Source of the DNA: Candidatus Sumerlaeaceae bacterium
Lineage (GTDB): Bacteria; Sumerlaeota; Sumerlaeia; Sumerlaeales; Sumerlaeaceae
Direction of reading: 5' to 3'
Length of the DNA stretch: 64,000 nucleotides
Assembly: GCA_051003195.1 (NCBI GenBank)
Contig: JBPCLP010000058.1
Coordinates: 1 to 64,000 of the forward strand
How positions within the stretch are numbered: position 1 is the stretch's first letter; every line of letters starts with the position of its first letter. A program made the position numbers and the translations under genes. The notes under the pieces are model-generated. The model made no database searches, was not told the origin of the DNA, and worked only from the letters and a program-made list of their open reading frames with translations. Of this stretch, positions 1 to 10,130 are shown in pieces.

Positions 1-1
1 G

Positions 2-1057
2 GCAATATCGAACCCGTTCTACCTGATGGCGCCTCGCCAGTTACTCATCCCCGTTGTGATTGTTGCCACATCGGCAGCCGTGATCGCGTCGCAGGCTTTA
101 ATCACCGGTGTCTTTTCCTTATCAATGCAGGCATCCCAACTCGGATTCATCCCACGTGTTTTCATTAGGCATACTTCCAAGAAGGAAATGGGACAAATTT
201 ACGTAGCAGGCGTAAACTGGGTTTTGCTCGTGGCGTGCATCGGGCTCGTCCTGGGATTCCGTTCGTCCAGCCATCTTGCCGCCGCATATGGAGTCGCGGT
301 GACGACGACGATGGTGATTACCACGATACTTTTCCACTACGTGGCGCGGGAGCGCTGGAACTGGAACCCTGTCTGGGCAGGCGTGCTGTGCGGCGTTTTC
401 CTGGTAATTGACCTTTCCTTCTGGATGGCTAATATGTTAAAAATACCCCATGGCGGCTGGTTCCCGCTAGTGATTGGTGCAGCTGGGTTCATCGTGATGA
501 CCACGTGGAAGAAAGGCAGAAGGCTGCTCGCATCGCGTTTGCGCGAGAAAGTTGTACTGGTACCGGAGTTTGTCAGCCGCATCGAAGAGCAGCCTCCACA
601 GCGAGTTGCGGGAACAGCCGTGTTTATGTCGAGCAATCCGATGGGAACACCTCCCGCGCTTCTGCACAGTTTGGAGCACTACGGTGTGCTGCATCAGCTG
701 GTCCTGCTGCTATCAATCGAAATTGAAGATGTTCCGCATATAGCCCCGGGAGGGCAACTCGAGGTGCACGATCTGGGCCAAGGCATTTACAGCGGGATCC
801 TGCATTATGGTTTCATGGATAAACCCGATGTCCCGGCTGCGTTAGCCAACGTTGAGACAGCGGGGATTCCTCTGGACGCGCAGAGAGCGACGTATTTCCT
901 GGGAAGAGAAAACCTTGTATCGACGAGACGGCGCGGGATGGCACGCTGGCAGCAAAAGGTGTTTGCGATGATGTCGCAAAACGCGCGATCGGCGGCCTCG
1001 TATTTCCAGCTTCCGCCCGAGCGCGTTGTCGAGCTGGGAATCCAAGTAGAGCTATAG
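2..1057 (+). CDS. kup: KUP/HAK/KT potassium transporter, 5'-truncated by the window edge
   Basis: Motifs A-VIASQALITG-FS, GQIY-..VNW, LAAAYG-AVT, GGWFPL; C-terminal YFLGRE and RVVELG typical of Kup. Confidence 0.95.
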   Translation, partial: AISNPFYLMAPRQLLIPVVIVATSAAVIASQALITGVFSLSMQASQLGFIPRVFIRHTSKKEMGQIYVAGVNWVLLVACIGLVLGFRSSSHLAAAYGVAVTTTMVITTILFHYVARERWNWNPVWAGVLCGVFLVIDLSFWMANMLKIPHGGWFPLVIGAAGFIVMTTWKKGRRLLASRLREKVVLVPEFVSRIEEQPPQRVAGTAVFMSSNPMGTPPALLHSLEHYGVLHQLVLLLSIEIEDVPHIAPGGQLEVHDLGQGIYSGILHYGFMDKPDVPAALANVETAGIPLDAQRATYFLGRENLVSTRRRGMARWQQKVFAMMSQNARSAASYFQLPPERVVELGIQVEL

Positions 1058-1101
1058 ATTCGAATCGCCGGCGTGCCGGCTCGCATTTGTCATTCGGCAG
1101 A

Positions 1102-2733
1102 CTAGTCTTCGTCGTTCCAGCGCGCGGAACGAATGACGCGTGCCTGACCAAAGCTCGGTGTCCGGGCGTCAGTGTGGTGGCGCGGCGAGTCTGAATAGCT
1201 TTTGCGGCGTCCAGCGTCGGAGGCATTGGACACTGGCTGGCGACCGTCATTCCTGCCCGGGCGAGCGTTACGCTTGCCGGACCGTTGCGCCGGCTCCGCG
1301 GCACGGGGCTGTGCCGGATCAAAACGCTGTTTTGCACTGATCGAGCGCTGCTGCTTGGAAATCTGCCCCTTGGCTCCAGCCGGGCGCTCTGTGGTTTGAC
1401 GCGGTGCGTTGTGCCGCGGCTGCGATTTCAAGGCAATGCGCATACCACCAGAGATCTGCTTGTTGGCGCGGCGATCCCGGTGCAGCGCGTGCGATGCGTG
1501 GGCATCGGGGCAATGATGGGGATGCGCGTGTTCTTTGGGTAATGCCTGTTGAATCAAATGCTCAATATCGGCAAGGTACTCGCCTTCGTCCGCGTCGCAG
1601 AACGAAATTGCGTAGCCGCTTGCCCCGGCACGCGCCGTACGGCCAATGCGATGCACAAAGGTTTCGGGTTCATTGGGCAGATCAAAATTAATGACATGCG
1701 AAATGGCATCGACATCCAGGCCGCGCGCTGCAAGATCCGTAGCAACCATGACAGGGCTGGCGCCACGGCGGAAACTTTCCAGTGCGCGCTCGCGCTGCCC
1801 CTGGCTCTTGTTGCCATGGATTGCTTCTGAACGAATGCCGGCGCGGCTGAGACGCTCGGCCACGCGGTCGGCGCCGCGCTTGGTGCGCGCAAACACCAGC
1901 ACGCGTCGAGTTTCATTACCGGGCAGACCATCGGTCTTGCTCGTCAGGAGGTGCTGCAGCAATGCAGGCTTGTTGTTCTTTCCGACAAAATAGGTGGTGT
2001 GCTGCACACGCTCGGCCGGCGTGGCGACGGGCGCAACCTCGACGCGAATGGGATCGTGCAGGAGTTCGTTAACCATCTTCTGAATCTCTGCCGGCATCGT
2101 GGCGGAAAAGAGCAGTGTCTGGCGCCTGGCGGGCACATGAGTCAGCACGCGTCGAATGTCGGGGGCAAATCCCATATCAAGCATGCGGTCGGCTTCATCC
2201 AATACGAGTACTTCGATGCTGCCGAGAAAGATGTGTCGCTGTGAAATTAAGTCGAGGAGGCGGCCTGGGCAGGCTACGAGTACATCGGGCCCAGACTGCA
2301 TCTCACGGATTTGCGCGCCTGCGCCAACGCCACCAAAAACGACGGCAGTGCGAAGTCCTGTCTGCTTGCCATATGTGCGGAAACTCTCGGCGATCTGCGT
2401 TGCGAGTTCGCGGGTAGGAGCAAGCACCAGCGCTCGGATTGCACGGGCACTGCGGGCCACGCCTCTGCGGTGTGGATGACTTCCGCCTCGTCCCTGCTGC
2501 TGGTTGAGGTGTTCGGCAGCGCGCTCCACTGGTGGATTTTGAAACAATCTCTGTAGAATTGGCAGTGCAAAGGCAGCGGTCTTTCCGGTGCCCGTCTGTG
2601 CGATCCCGAGGACGTCGCGCCCTTCAAGAACCGGCGGAATTGCCTGCCGCTGAATGGGGCTCGGAGTGGTGTAACCTTCTGCTTCCACAGCCTTCAGCAG
2701 TGGAGTGATCAATCTTAATTCGTTAAAATGCAT
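1102..2733 (-). CDS. DEAD-box ATP-dependent RNA helicase (RhlE-like) with basic disordered C-terminal tail
   Basis: Q motif, AQTGTGKT, PTRELA, DEADRMLDMGF, SAT, ARGLD, HRIGRTARAG. Confidence 0.95.
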   Translation of the reverse strand: MHFNELRLITPLLKAVEAEGYTTPSPIQRQAIPPVLEGRDVLGIAQTGTGKTAAFALPILQRLFQNPPVERAAEHLNQQQGRGGSHPHRRGVARSARAIRALVLAPTRELATQIAESFRTYGKQTGLRTAVVFGGVGAGAQIREMQSGPDVLVACPGRLLDLISQRHIFLGSIEVLVLDEADRMLDMGFAPDIRRVLTHVPARRQTLLFSATMPAEIQKMVNELLHDPIRVEVAPVATPAERVQHTTYFVGKNNKPALLQHLLTSKTDGLPGNETRRVLVFARTKRGADRVAERLSRAGIRSEAIHGNKSQGQRERALESFRRGASPVMVATDLAARGLDVDAISHVINFDLPNEPETFVHRIGRTARAGASGYAISFCDADEGEYLADIEHLIQQALPKEHAHPHHCPDAHASHALHRDRRANKQISGGMRIALKSQPRHNAPRQTTERPAGAKGQISKQQRSISAKQRFDPAQPRAAEPAQRSGKRNARPGRNDGRQPVSNASDAGRRKSYSDSPRHHTDARTPSFGQARVIRSARWNDED

Positions 2734-2851
2734 GCTGACCGGTACATGCGAATGCTATGGAAAGTCATTCTGGTAAAGAGCGCGCTCTATGCGCTTCGTT
2801 GCTCTGTATGTTCCTGTATGGGCGCGCCTCTACATTATGATTCCTAACCGT

Positions 2852-4159
2852 TCAGACTTCCTCCTCCACGCGCAGCACGAACGGCTTGTCCTGTGCAACG
2901 TCGGTGCCCGCGATTTCGTCGAGGGCGGACTGAACGTCTTTCTCGCGTGCTTTGTGAGTCACAATGATGACGTCGGCGCGGCCGGCGGGGTGATCCCCTT
3001 TCTGTAACATCGAATTAATGGAGATGTTATGCTTGGCCAGTATGCCGCTTAGAGTGGCCATTGCGCCGGGCCGGTCCGCGACTGTAACGCGAAGATAATA
3101 GCTTGTCTCCAGCTCGGCAATTGGTTTCAGTGAGCGCTCGCCGACTGGCACTACCATGCGGTGCTCGGCGGTGGGCGCAATGCCACGGGCGGTGTCCGCA
3201 GCAATCATCATGATATCACTCAGGATGGCACTAGACGTAGGTGACTGGCCCGCACCGCGCCCGTAAAACAGGGTTTTGCCAACGAGATCGCCCTCTACGA
3301 CAACCGCGTTGAAGACTCCACTGACATTCGCAATGAGCGAATCCTGTGGCACGAGTGTTGGGTGGACACGCACCTCCACGCGACCATCGCTCGCATCGCG
3401 TTTAGCGATACCCAGCAGCTTCACCTTGTACCCGAGTCGACGAGCATTGTCCAGATCGACAGGCTTAAGGCGCGAAATGCCTTCGACAAAAACGTCGGCG
3501 AAGCGGATGTCCTGCTGAAACGCGAGGCTCGCAAGAACGGCGGTTTTGTGGGCGGTGTCGTAGCCCTCGACATCGTAGGTAGGGTCGGGTTCGGCAAAAC
3601 CATGTGCCTGCGCCTCGGCGAGAACTACTTCGAATGCGCGGCCATCCCGTTCCATGTGCGTGAGTATGTAATTACAGGTCCCGTTGAGGATGCCTTGTAC
3701 GGCGCGAATGTGATTCGCAGAGAGACCCGATTGCAGCGCGCGGATGATGGGAATGCCGCCGCCAACGCTTGCTTCAAACATCAGGGCGACGTTCTGCTCG
3801 TTCGCTAATCGCCACAGATCGGCGCCGAAGGTCGCCAGCATTGCTTTGTTGGCAGTGACTACGTGTTTGCCCGCACGAAGCGCACGTTCGACGAAGGTGC
3901 GGGCAGGCTCGAGTCCACCCACCAACTCGACGACAATGTGGATGTTGGTATCGTCAATAAGTGCGTTCGCATCATTCCCAAGAATGGCGGGGTCGTACTC
4001 GCACTCGCGTTTACGCCGGGTGTCCACATCCGCAATGCGTGTAAGTTTGACGGGTATACCCACGCGCTGCGCGATGGTGGCACCGTTCGCATTGATGGCG
4101 TTGACCAGGCCAGTGCCGATGTTGCCAAACCCTATGAGCCCGACATTGATTGTATCCAT
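2852..4159 (-). CDS. hom: homoserine dehydrogenase with C-terminal ACT domain (start 4159 or 4183)
   Basis: GFGNIG NAD-binding motif, VVTANKA, EASVGGGIP, GILNGTCNYIL, AEPDPTYDVEG, ACT domain DRPG. Confidence 0.95.
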   Translation of the reverse strand: MDTINVGLIGFGNIGTGLVNAINANGATIAQRVGIPVKLTRIADVDTRRKRECEYDPAILGNDANALIDDTNIHIVVELVGGLEPARTFVERALRAGKHVVTANKAMLATFGADLWRLANEQNVALMFEASVGGGIPIIRALQSGLSANHIRAVQGILNGTCNYILTHMERDGRAFEVVLAEAQAHGFAEPDPTYDVEGYDTAHKTAVLASLAFQQDIRFADVFVEGISRLKPVDLDNARRLGYKVKLLGIAKRDASDGRVEVRVHPTLVPQDSLIANVSGVFNAVVVEGDLVGKTLFYGRGAGQSPTSSAILSDIMMIAADTARGIAPTAEHRMVVPVGERSLKPIAELETSYYLRVTVADRPGAMATLSGILAKHNISINSMLQKGDHPAGRADVIIVTHKAREKDVQSALDEIAGTDVAQDKPFVLRVEEEV

Positions 4160-4256
4160 ATTTCCTGATCCGATTGTGGTCACATTTCTCCTTCAAGCAG
4201 GAAAGACATGCATGGTTCGCGCTCTCCGCCGGGCAGAACCAGCATCAGCAACCATT

Positions 4257-5309
4257 TTACGGGGTAAATGGCTGCGAAACTACCGTTGTACTTAAAAGCG
4301 GATCGATCATGAGTTGTGTCTGGAGGACTTTCATCGCGAGGAAATGATGACCGAGTTCCTCAGTGAACCGCGGATCTCCACTTGTGATGCGATCCTGGGA
4401 GGTAAAAATCCATTTATCCCGGTTCTCCAGGAGGAATTTCAATGCGTCCGCTGCCGCAGACCATCTTGTTGCAAACCTTTCCAACTCCCTGCCACGCCGC
4501 GTAATGGAGGCCACAAGGCGTGTATTTGCGTCTTGGGTTGCAAGTTCCGATTGTCCCAACCGGGCGTAGTAAGCCGGGACCTGCTTGTCCAGATTCCTGC
4601 AAAATGCAATTAGCTTTCCGAGTTCTTCCTGCGCGCGCCTCACGTTCTGGTAATCCAGTTGCAGACGTTCCTTTGTCCGCGTTGTCTGGGCGACATCCAC
4701 ATACACATATGCAGCCTGTACAGCCGACCTTGTATGTAGCGCGTAATCTTCGTACATGGCTGCCACTACAAGCAGATGGCCTGAATGCGGACGCCTGTAA
4801 AGCGGCGCCAGTTTCCGGTAATTCGCAGCCATATCCTGCAAGATATCGCACCTCGTAAGGTCCGGGCGGGGCCCAGCCGGCGTTGTGGCATCCTCAAATT
4901 GCTGCGCAATGACTCTGCCGAGTTCTTTTCTTTCCAGCAGCACCTTCTCGTACCGGTGTTCCGTTTTACGGTGGCTCCAGAAGATGAAAGGTGCGCTTCC
5001 GAGAGCTATCATGAGGAGGAGAAGACAACAAAGCCATACCATTTTATCTGCGGCAGCGGCCGAAAGCTTCTGATTTGCTTCAAGAGTGATGGCCACGCAG
5101 TAGACTAATGCGCAAGTCGCCAGCGACACGCAGCAGATCAGGATCCAATTCCTGAGACTGAACGCCAGCGGGAATGAATGGTGTATCGCGACGGCTTCCG
5201 CCAACGGAAGCAGCGCAAGGATCGTAAGCGCAAAGCGCGAACGTGGTGAGACCCGCATAAGCCTTAGATGCATTAATGATCCATGCCTCTCTGCTGAATG
5301 AAGGGCCAA
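4257..5309 (-). CDS. hypothetical membrane protein (about 3 N-terminal TM helices plus helical soluble part)
   Basis: 350-aa ORF filling the gap between genes, with hydrophobic N-terminal segments; start uncertain. Confidence 0.55.
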   Translation of the reverse strand: MALHSAERHGSLMHLRLMRVSPRSRFALTILALLPLAEAVAIHHSFPLAFSLRNWILICCVSLATCALVYCVAITLEANQKLSAAAADKMVWLCCLLLLMIALGSAPFIFWSHRKTEHRYEKVLLERKELGRVIAQQFEDATTPAGPRPDLTRCDILQDMAANYRKLAPLYRRPHSGHLLVVAAMYEDYALHTRSAVQAAYVYVDVAQTTRTKERLQLDYQNVRRAQEELGKLIAFCRNLDKQVPAYYARLGQSELATQDANTRLVASITRRGRELERFATRWSAAADALKFLLENRDKWIFTSQDRITSGDPRFTEELGHHFLAMKVLQTQLMIDPLLSTTVVSQPFTP

Positions 5310-5449
5310 GACTTTTCAAACGCCTGAAGTTTTGCGGGCCACCGACACGTGGACACAAAGCCGTCGCCTGAGCACCCGGACTTGATCTTGGCAGTTTCCC
5401 AGTTCGGGCTCATCTTGAAAATCGCAAGTACCTGTTTTGGAGCCATGCC

Positions 5450-6073
5450 ATGGGAAAGATCGTTCTTGTTGCCGTTCTGCTGATCGTACTGTTCGTTACA
5501 ACCGTCGTGTTTATTATGGCAATGCGCCGGCGACGGGGCATTGCTGGCGCGGGGCTAATCTGTGTTACGCCGCAGGAATTCACGCTTAGTTCGCCGATCG
5601 TGAAATCTGCCGCGGAGCGGGCCTTCACAGGGGAACCGCAGTTTCACCCGATTGTAACCACCCAGGATGAGTCCGGCAGCGTGCTGATCGAGGCAGGCGA
5701 ACACCCATTCCACGTGGGGCGAACCGTAGCTGAGGACGATCAGGACCGTTACGGACTGGCGCTGCACTACGCAGCCGGAACGAGTTCGCTCGATGCCAAT
5801 GAAGCATACATCGCGCTTGGCAAACTGGCGTTCGAGCTCATGCCGGCAGGCGCTACCCGTCTCATTGCACCCCACATGGGACGCGAGTCCAGGCTTACCG
5901 AAGAAATGAAGCAAAGTATGAAGGCGGGGGACTTCTTCTACGGCGGCACCTTTTATGGCGAGCCCTGGCTGGTGCATGTGGATGGCGACTCCAGGGAAAT
6001 GAAAGCTGCAGTGGAGCAGGCGCGCAAGCGCTGGCCTGAATTTGTCGAGGCAAAGGCGTGCCATGCGTGGTAG
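5450..6073 (+). pseudogene. N-terminal part of a DUF2314/YegJ-like protein, broken at about 6051
   Basis: N-terminal TM helix; ends EMKAAVEQARKRWPEFVEA, the usual start of the DUF2314 domain, then stops after six unrelated codons. Confidence 0.7.
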
Positions 6074-6124
6074 AATACATCAGCGTGCGACCGTTAGACT
6101 CCCGCACAGCGAAAACGCCTGCCC

Positions 6125-7120
6125 ATGACGAAGTTTTACTTTAATATCGATGTGCTTGGCTTCGGCGCCTGCAACCTGACCTGCCCATCCTGCCCCGTCG
6201 GCAACATGCCCGATGCTCCTAATCCCAAAGGCCTGATGGAACCTGCGCTCCTGCAGGCGATCCTCGATAAAGCCGCGCGCGAATGCGATCTTGAAGGCGT
6301 CGCGCTGTTCAACTGGACCGAGCCGATGCTGCACCCCCGTCTCCCGGAACTCGTCCGTATCGTGCGATCCTTTAACATCCGCTGCGACCTAAGCTCAAAT
6401 CTAAACAAGCTGAAAAATATCGACGCGATCCTGGGAGCTGATCCTACGAGTTTTCGAATCTCAAACTCGGGCTTCACGCAGGAAGTTTACGAGCTGGGAC
6501 ACCGCGGGGGAAACATCAATCTGGTCAAAGCTAACATGATCGAGCTTGCCGCCGCGAAGAAACGCACCAGCTCTTCCACCGAACTCCATTTGCTCTACCA
6601 CCGCTATTCGCACAACCTCGACGAAGAAGTACGCATGAACAACTTCTGCAGCGAGCTCGGCATCGGCTTCATTCCCGTATGGGCATTTATGATGCCGCTG
6701 GAAAAGCTGATGGCGCATCTGGATCGCGACGTCAGCAGCACCACGATCACGTCAGACGACACCGCCCTCATGGGCCGACTTTTGCTGCCCGTTGATGAAG
6801 CGCTGGCTGCCGCACAGGCACACCGCCGAAAGCCATGCACGTTGCAGACCCAGCAGATGACTCTCGATTTTCAGGGAAATGTGCAGTTATGCTGCGCCAC
6901 CTATGACAGCTCGCGCTTCACACTGGGCGCCTACCTCGACATTTCCCTCGCGGATCTCCAGAGCACGAAGGCTCGAGACAAAACTTGCGCACGCTGTATC
7001 AAACATGGCATTCACGTCTATTATACATACGCCGCGCCCGAGTTCGAAGAGATCGCACGACGCCATGCTGCTGAGCATCAGCATCCCGTGCTCGACGCCA
7101 CCCCTGCGGTTCGGACGTAA
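6125..7120 (+). CDS. radical SAM protein with C-terminal SPASM/twitch-like Cys domain
   Basis: CxxxCxxC (CNLTCPSC), NWTEP, C-terminal C..CC..CARC cluster. Confidence 0.85.
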   Translation: MTKFYFNIDVLGFGACNLTCPSCPVGNMPDAPNPKGLMEPALLQAILDKAARECDLEGVALFNWTEPMLHPRLPELVRIVRSFNIRCDLSSNLNKLKNIDAILGADPTSFRISNSGFTQEVYELGHRGGNINLVKANMIELAAAKKRTSSSTELHLLYHRYSHNLDEEVRMNNFCSELGIGFIPVWAFMMPLEKLMAHLDRDVSSTTITSDDTALMGRLLLPVDEALAAAQAHRRKPCTLQTQQMTLDFQGNVQLCCATYDSSRFTLGAYLDISLADLQSTKARDKTCARCIKHGIHVYYTYAAPEFEEIARRHAAEHQHPVLDATPAVRT

Positions 7121-7195
7121 CGGGAATGTCCGTTGCGCAACACCGAACCAATCGACCAGGCGATTACGAGTGTTGAGTACGAAAGACCTTCGGCA

Positions 7196-7225
7196 TTGAT
7201 TATCGCACTTCATTTCGTATATAGT
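7196..7225 (+). promoter_or_regulatory. possible sigma70 promoter for ispG
   Basis: TTGATT (7196-7201), 18-nt spacer, TATAGT (7220-7225), 30 nt before the ATG. Confidence 0.35.
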
Positions 7226-7255
7226 TTAGCAATACTCCTGGAAAACTCGTAAGAA

Positions 7256-8419
7256 ATGAAACACGCAAGCCTGCTCCCACCCCGACGTAAAGCCCGCGAA
7301 GTTAAAGTGGGACCTTATGTTATTGGCGGAGATAATCCGATCCGCGTCCAGACGATGACCGCCACGGACACGGCAGATGCCGAATCGACGATCGCCCAGA
7401 TCAACGCGCTCGCGGAGGCCGGTTGCGAAATAATGCGCATTACCGTCGACACCCGCAAAGCCGCTGTCGCCCTTCCGGAAATACGCCGCCGGGTTGCGAT
7501 TCCGCTGGTCGCCGACATTCACTTCAACCACAAGATGGCGCTGGAAGCCGCGCCATACGTCGACAAAATTCGCATTAATCCGGGCAATATCGGGGCCGAC
7601 GAAAACGTGCGCGCCGTTGTGCAGCGTGCTAACGAATTCAACCTGCCGATCCGTGTTGGAGTCAACAACGGGTCTCTGGAAAAGGATATCGCCATCCGCC
7701 ACGGCGCCCATGTCGCGGACGGCGTGCTCATGCCGCCCGAGTCCGGCTATCCGGCCGAGGCGCTTGTCGACAGCGCGCTACGCAATATTGAAATTCTCGA
7801 AAGCTACGGCTTCACCCGCACGATTATCAGCGTCAAATCGAGTAACGTCCCGCTGATGGTACGGGCTTACAGGCTGCTCGCCGCAGCGTGCGATTACCCG
7901 CTTCACCTCGGCGTCACGGAAGCCGGCACAAAGGATAACTCCAACATCAAATCGTCCATCGGTATCGGCGCGCTTCTGCTGGACGGCATTGGAGACACGC
8001 TTCGCGTCTCGATTGCCGCCCGAGCAACAGAGGAGAAAAAAGAAGAAATACGCACAGGCTTTAAGATTCTCCAGGCGCTGGGCCTTCGCCGTTACGGTGT
8101 TGAGGTTGTCGCGTGTCCCACCTGCGGACGCGAAGATGTCGGCTTCGACACCACGAAAATTGCCCTCGAGATTGAAGAACTCAACGCCCGCCGCTCCAGC
8201 CCGATCAAGATTTCGGTGATGGGATGTTACGTGAACGGTCCCGGCGAAGCGGCCGAGGCTGACCTCGGAGTGGTTGCCAGCGGCAAGGCCGCCAAGATTT
8301 ATCGTCGCGGGAAACTCATCGAGACGCTTGTACCTTTCGACCAGGTCATTCCCCGTATGACCCAGCTAATCGACACCTTCGAAGACAATCTCGAGCCGGC
8401 ACTTCCAACTACCGTTTAA
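7256..8419 (+). CDS. ispG: 4-hydroxy-3-methylbut-2-en-1-yl diphosphate synthase
   Basis: PIRVQTMT, PLVADIHF, RINPGNIG, YPLHLGVTEAG, GIGDTLRVS, CPTCGR, MGCYVNGPGE. Confidence 0.97.
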   Translation: MKHASLLPPRRKAREVKVGPYVIGGDNPIRVQTMTATDTADAESTIAQINALAEAGCEIMRITVDTRKAAVALPEIRRRVAIPLVADIHFNHKMALEAAPYVDKIRINPGNIGADENVRAVVQRANEFNLPIRVGVNNGSLEKDIAIRHGAHVADGVLMPPESGYPAEALVDSALRNIEILESYGFTRTIISVKSSNVPLMVRAYRLLAAACDYPLHLGVTEAGTKDNSNIKSSIGIGALLLDGIGDTLRVSIAARATEEKKEEIRTGFKILQALGLRRYGVEVVACPTCGREDVGFDTTKIALEIEELNARRSSPIKISVMGCYVNGPGEAAEADLGVVASGKAAKIYRRGKLIETLVPFDQVIPRMTQLIDTFEDNLEPALPTTV

Positions 8420-9963
8420 CCTTCCAACAGCCACACCTGCATCGGGATTTTGCCGGGTATCAACGCTGCCTGCTGAAACCGATCGCGGATCAGCTGCCAG
8501 TATTCCGGTGGCCGGACGATCCCCCAGTGCGGAGTCACAAACCATACCCGACGGCCCGACCTTAGCGCCTGCTGAAGACCGGCAAGCGTGAGGCAGTCAA
8601 ATCGCTGCCCGAATTCGTTGGTGAGCCAGCGCGGAGGCTGAGCTGGCAGTTTAGCGGCCCGAACATACTCGATCATCACGTCGAGGTCCGCATTCGGGCC
8701 GCACAATAGCAGGTCATCCGGTTGTACCCGCGATTTCAAGAAATCCATGGCGCCGCGCCAGTTGTGCTCCGCCGCACCCGAGTGCCAAATTGCACTTTTC
8801 AGCGGAGCGACCAAAATCAGCAGGAGCAAACCCAGCTTCACCCATTCGCCCGCTGCAGCGCTGTATTTTCCTGCTGAGCGAACAATCGCGACGGCCAGGC
8901 AACCAAGCATCCATAAAAGTGGAACGGTCAAAGCATAGAAGTACCGTGCACCCGGCGCAAACCAGAGCAACAGTAGCGCATTGAGGAGGCCACAACAAAC
9001 AACTGCCGAAAAAATCGCCAACAAGATTGCTCGAGGCATCCCAGACCATTTCCACATCGCCGCGGTTCCCGATATAACTCCCACCAGGGCTAACAGAATT
9101 GGGGCTTCCTGTCCTCGATAGTCCAACAGTGTGTGCCAGATTTTAGCCAATGGATTGCCCTGAGTAAAAGCCGGAACAAAAGAAGCGGATAGCGCATGTT
9201 GCCACAAGCCGATCCAGCTCACATGTACGATAAGCATCACTAGCAGTCCCGCGGCCAACCAGCCTCGCGAGAGCTTCGACGCAGCGCTTCCGCGCCGGAA
9301 ATAACGCGCTACAAGAATTCCTCCGAGAAGGGACCCCGTCCAAAGCACATGAACGCTGTGAAGCAGAACGGCCGCACAGGCCAACCCGCTGAATGCAGCC
9401 CACGCGAGCAGCGGGTTTGTCTCCCTCCGAAGCAGCAGACGGAATGTGAGATCCCATTGGAGCACCGCTGCAAGCACAAGCCACGCGTAGCCACGTGCGC
9501 CCGTCGAAAATTCCGCATAGCCAGCAAACGTAGCAGCCAGTGCGGCAATCAGTAGTGCCCCAGATCGGCTTCCCGTCCAGATCCGCCCGCGCAACAGCAT
9601 AATACCAATCGTGGCCAGGCCAGCTGCAATTCCTGGGATGCGCAGCCAGAACTCGCCTCCCATAGGCGCCGCCCATCGCGAAAACACCCCCTCAAGAAGG
9701 TACATCAGAGGACCTGGGCCGGTGTCATGAAGTGAGAATCCAAGGATACTGTGCGACAGGCTCCGCGGTACATCCAATGCACCGTCGCGCCACAGCGGCA
9801 GCTGAGCCACTTTCCAGGTCAGAAGCTCGTCCAGCCACCACGATCTGCCGAACAGACCTGGCAGCCGTGCAAGTACCGCGGCCAGCAGGATAAAACCCGT
9901 GGCGACTCGAGAGCTTATCAAGCTGGATTGCTTAGCTGCTGGGGTTTGCACGAAACACAGCAC
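8416..9963 (-). CDS. multi-pass membrane GT-C/PMT-like glycosyltransferase
   Basis: SWWLDE motif after the first TM, GPLMYLL, LRIPG, ARGYA, many TM helices, periplasmic C-terminal domain. Confidence 0.7.
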   Translation of the reverse strand: MLCFVQTPAAKQSSLISSRVATGFILLAAVLARLPGLFGRSWWLDELLTWKVAQLPLWRDGALDVPRSLSHSILGFSLHDTGPGPLMYLLEGVFSRWAAPMGGEFWLRIPGIAAGLATIGIMLLRGRIWTGSRSGALLIAALAATFAGYAEFSTGARGYAWLVLAAVLQWDLTFRLLLRRETNPLLAWAAFSGLACAAVLLHSVHVLWTGSLLGGILVARYFRRGSAASKLSRGWLAAGLLVMLIVHVSWIGLWQHALSASFVPAFTQGNPLAKIWHTLLDYRGQEAPILLALVGVISGTAAMWKWSGMPRAILLAIFSAVVCCGLLNALLLLWFAPGARYFYALTVPLLWMLGCLAVAIVRSAGKYSAAAGEWVKLGLLLLILVAPLKSAIWHSGAAEHNWRGAMDFLKSRVQPDDLLLCGPNADLDVMIEYVRAAKLPAQPPRWLTNEFGQRFDCLTLAGLQQALRSGRRVWFVTPHWGIVRPPEYWQLIRDRFQQAALIPGKIPMQVWLLEG

Positions 9964-10130
9964 TATTTGCGGACTGGTACCAGCTCAAGCGAAAGGAATG
10001 TGAGGTTAGTCAGGCCGGGCACTCTTCCTTTGACACACCCCACCGGCACCCGCGACGTAGGCCGTTGAGGCTCACGCTAGCTTTCGGGGGATTTGATACC
10101 GAGAGCCTAAAACCTGGGAGACTTTAACAG

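Noticed and set aside
6049..6063. sigma54-like motifs at the left inversion junction and near 37150-37165
   Set aside because: GG-to-GC spacing is one base short of the strict requirement
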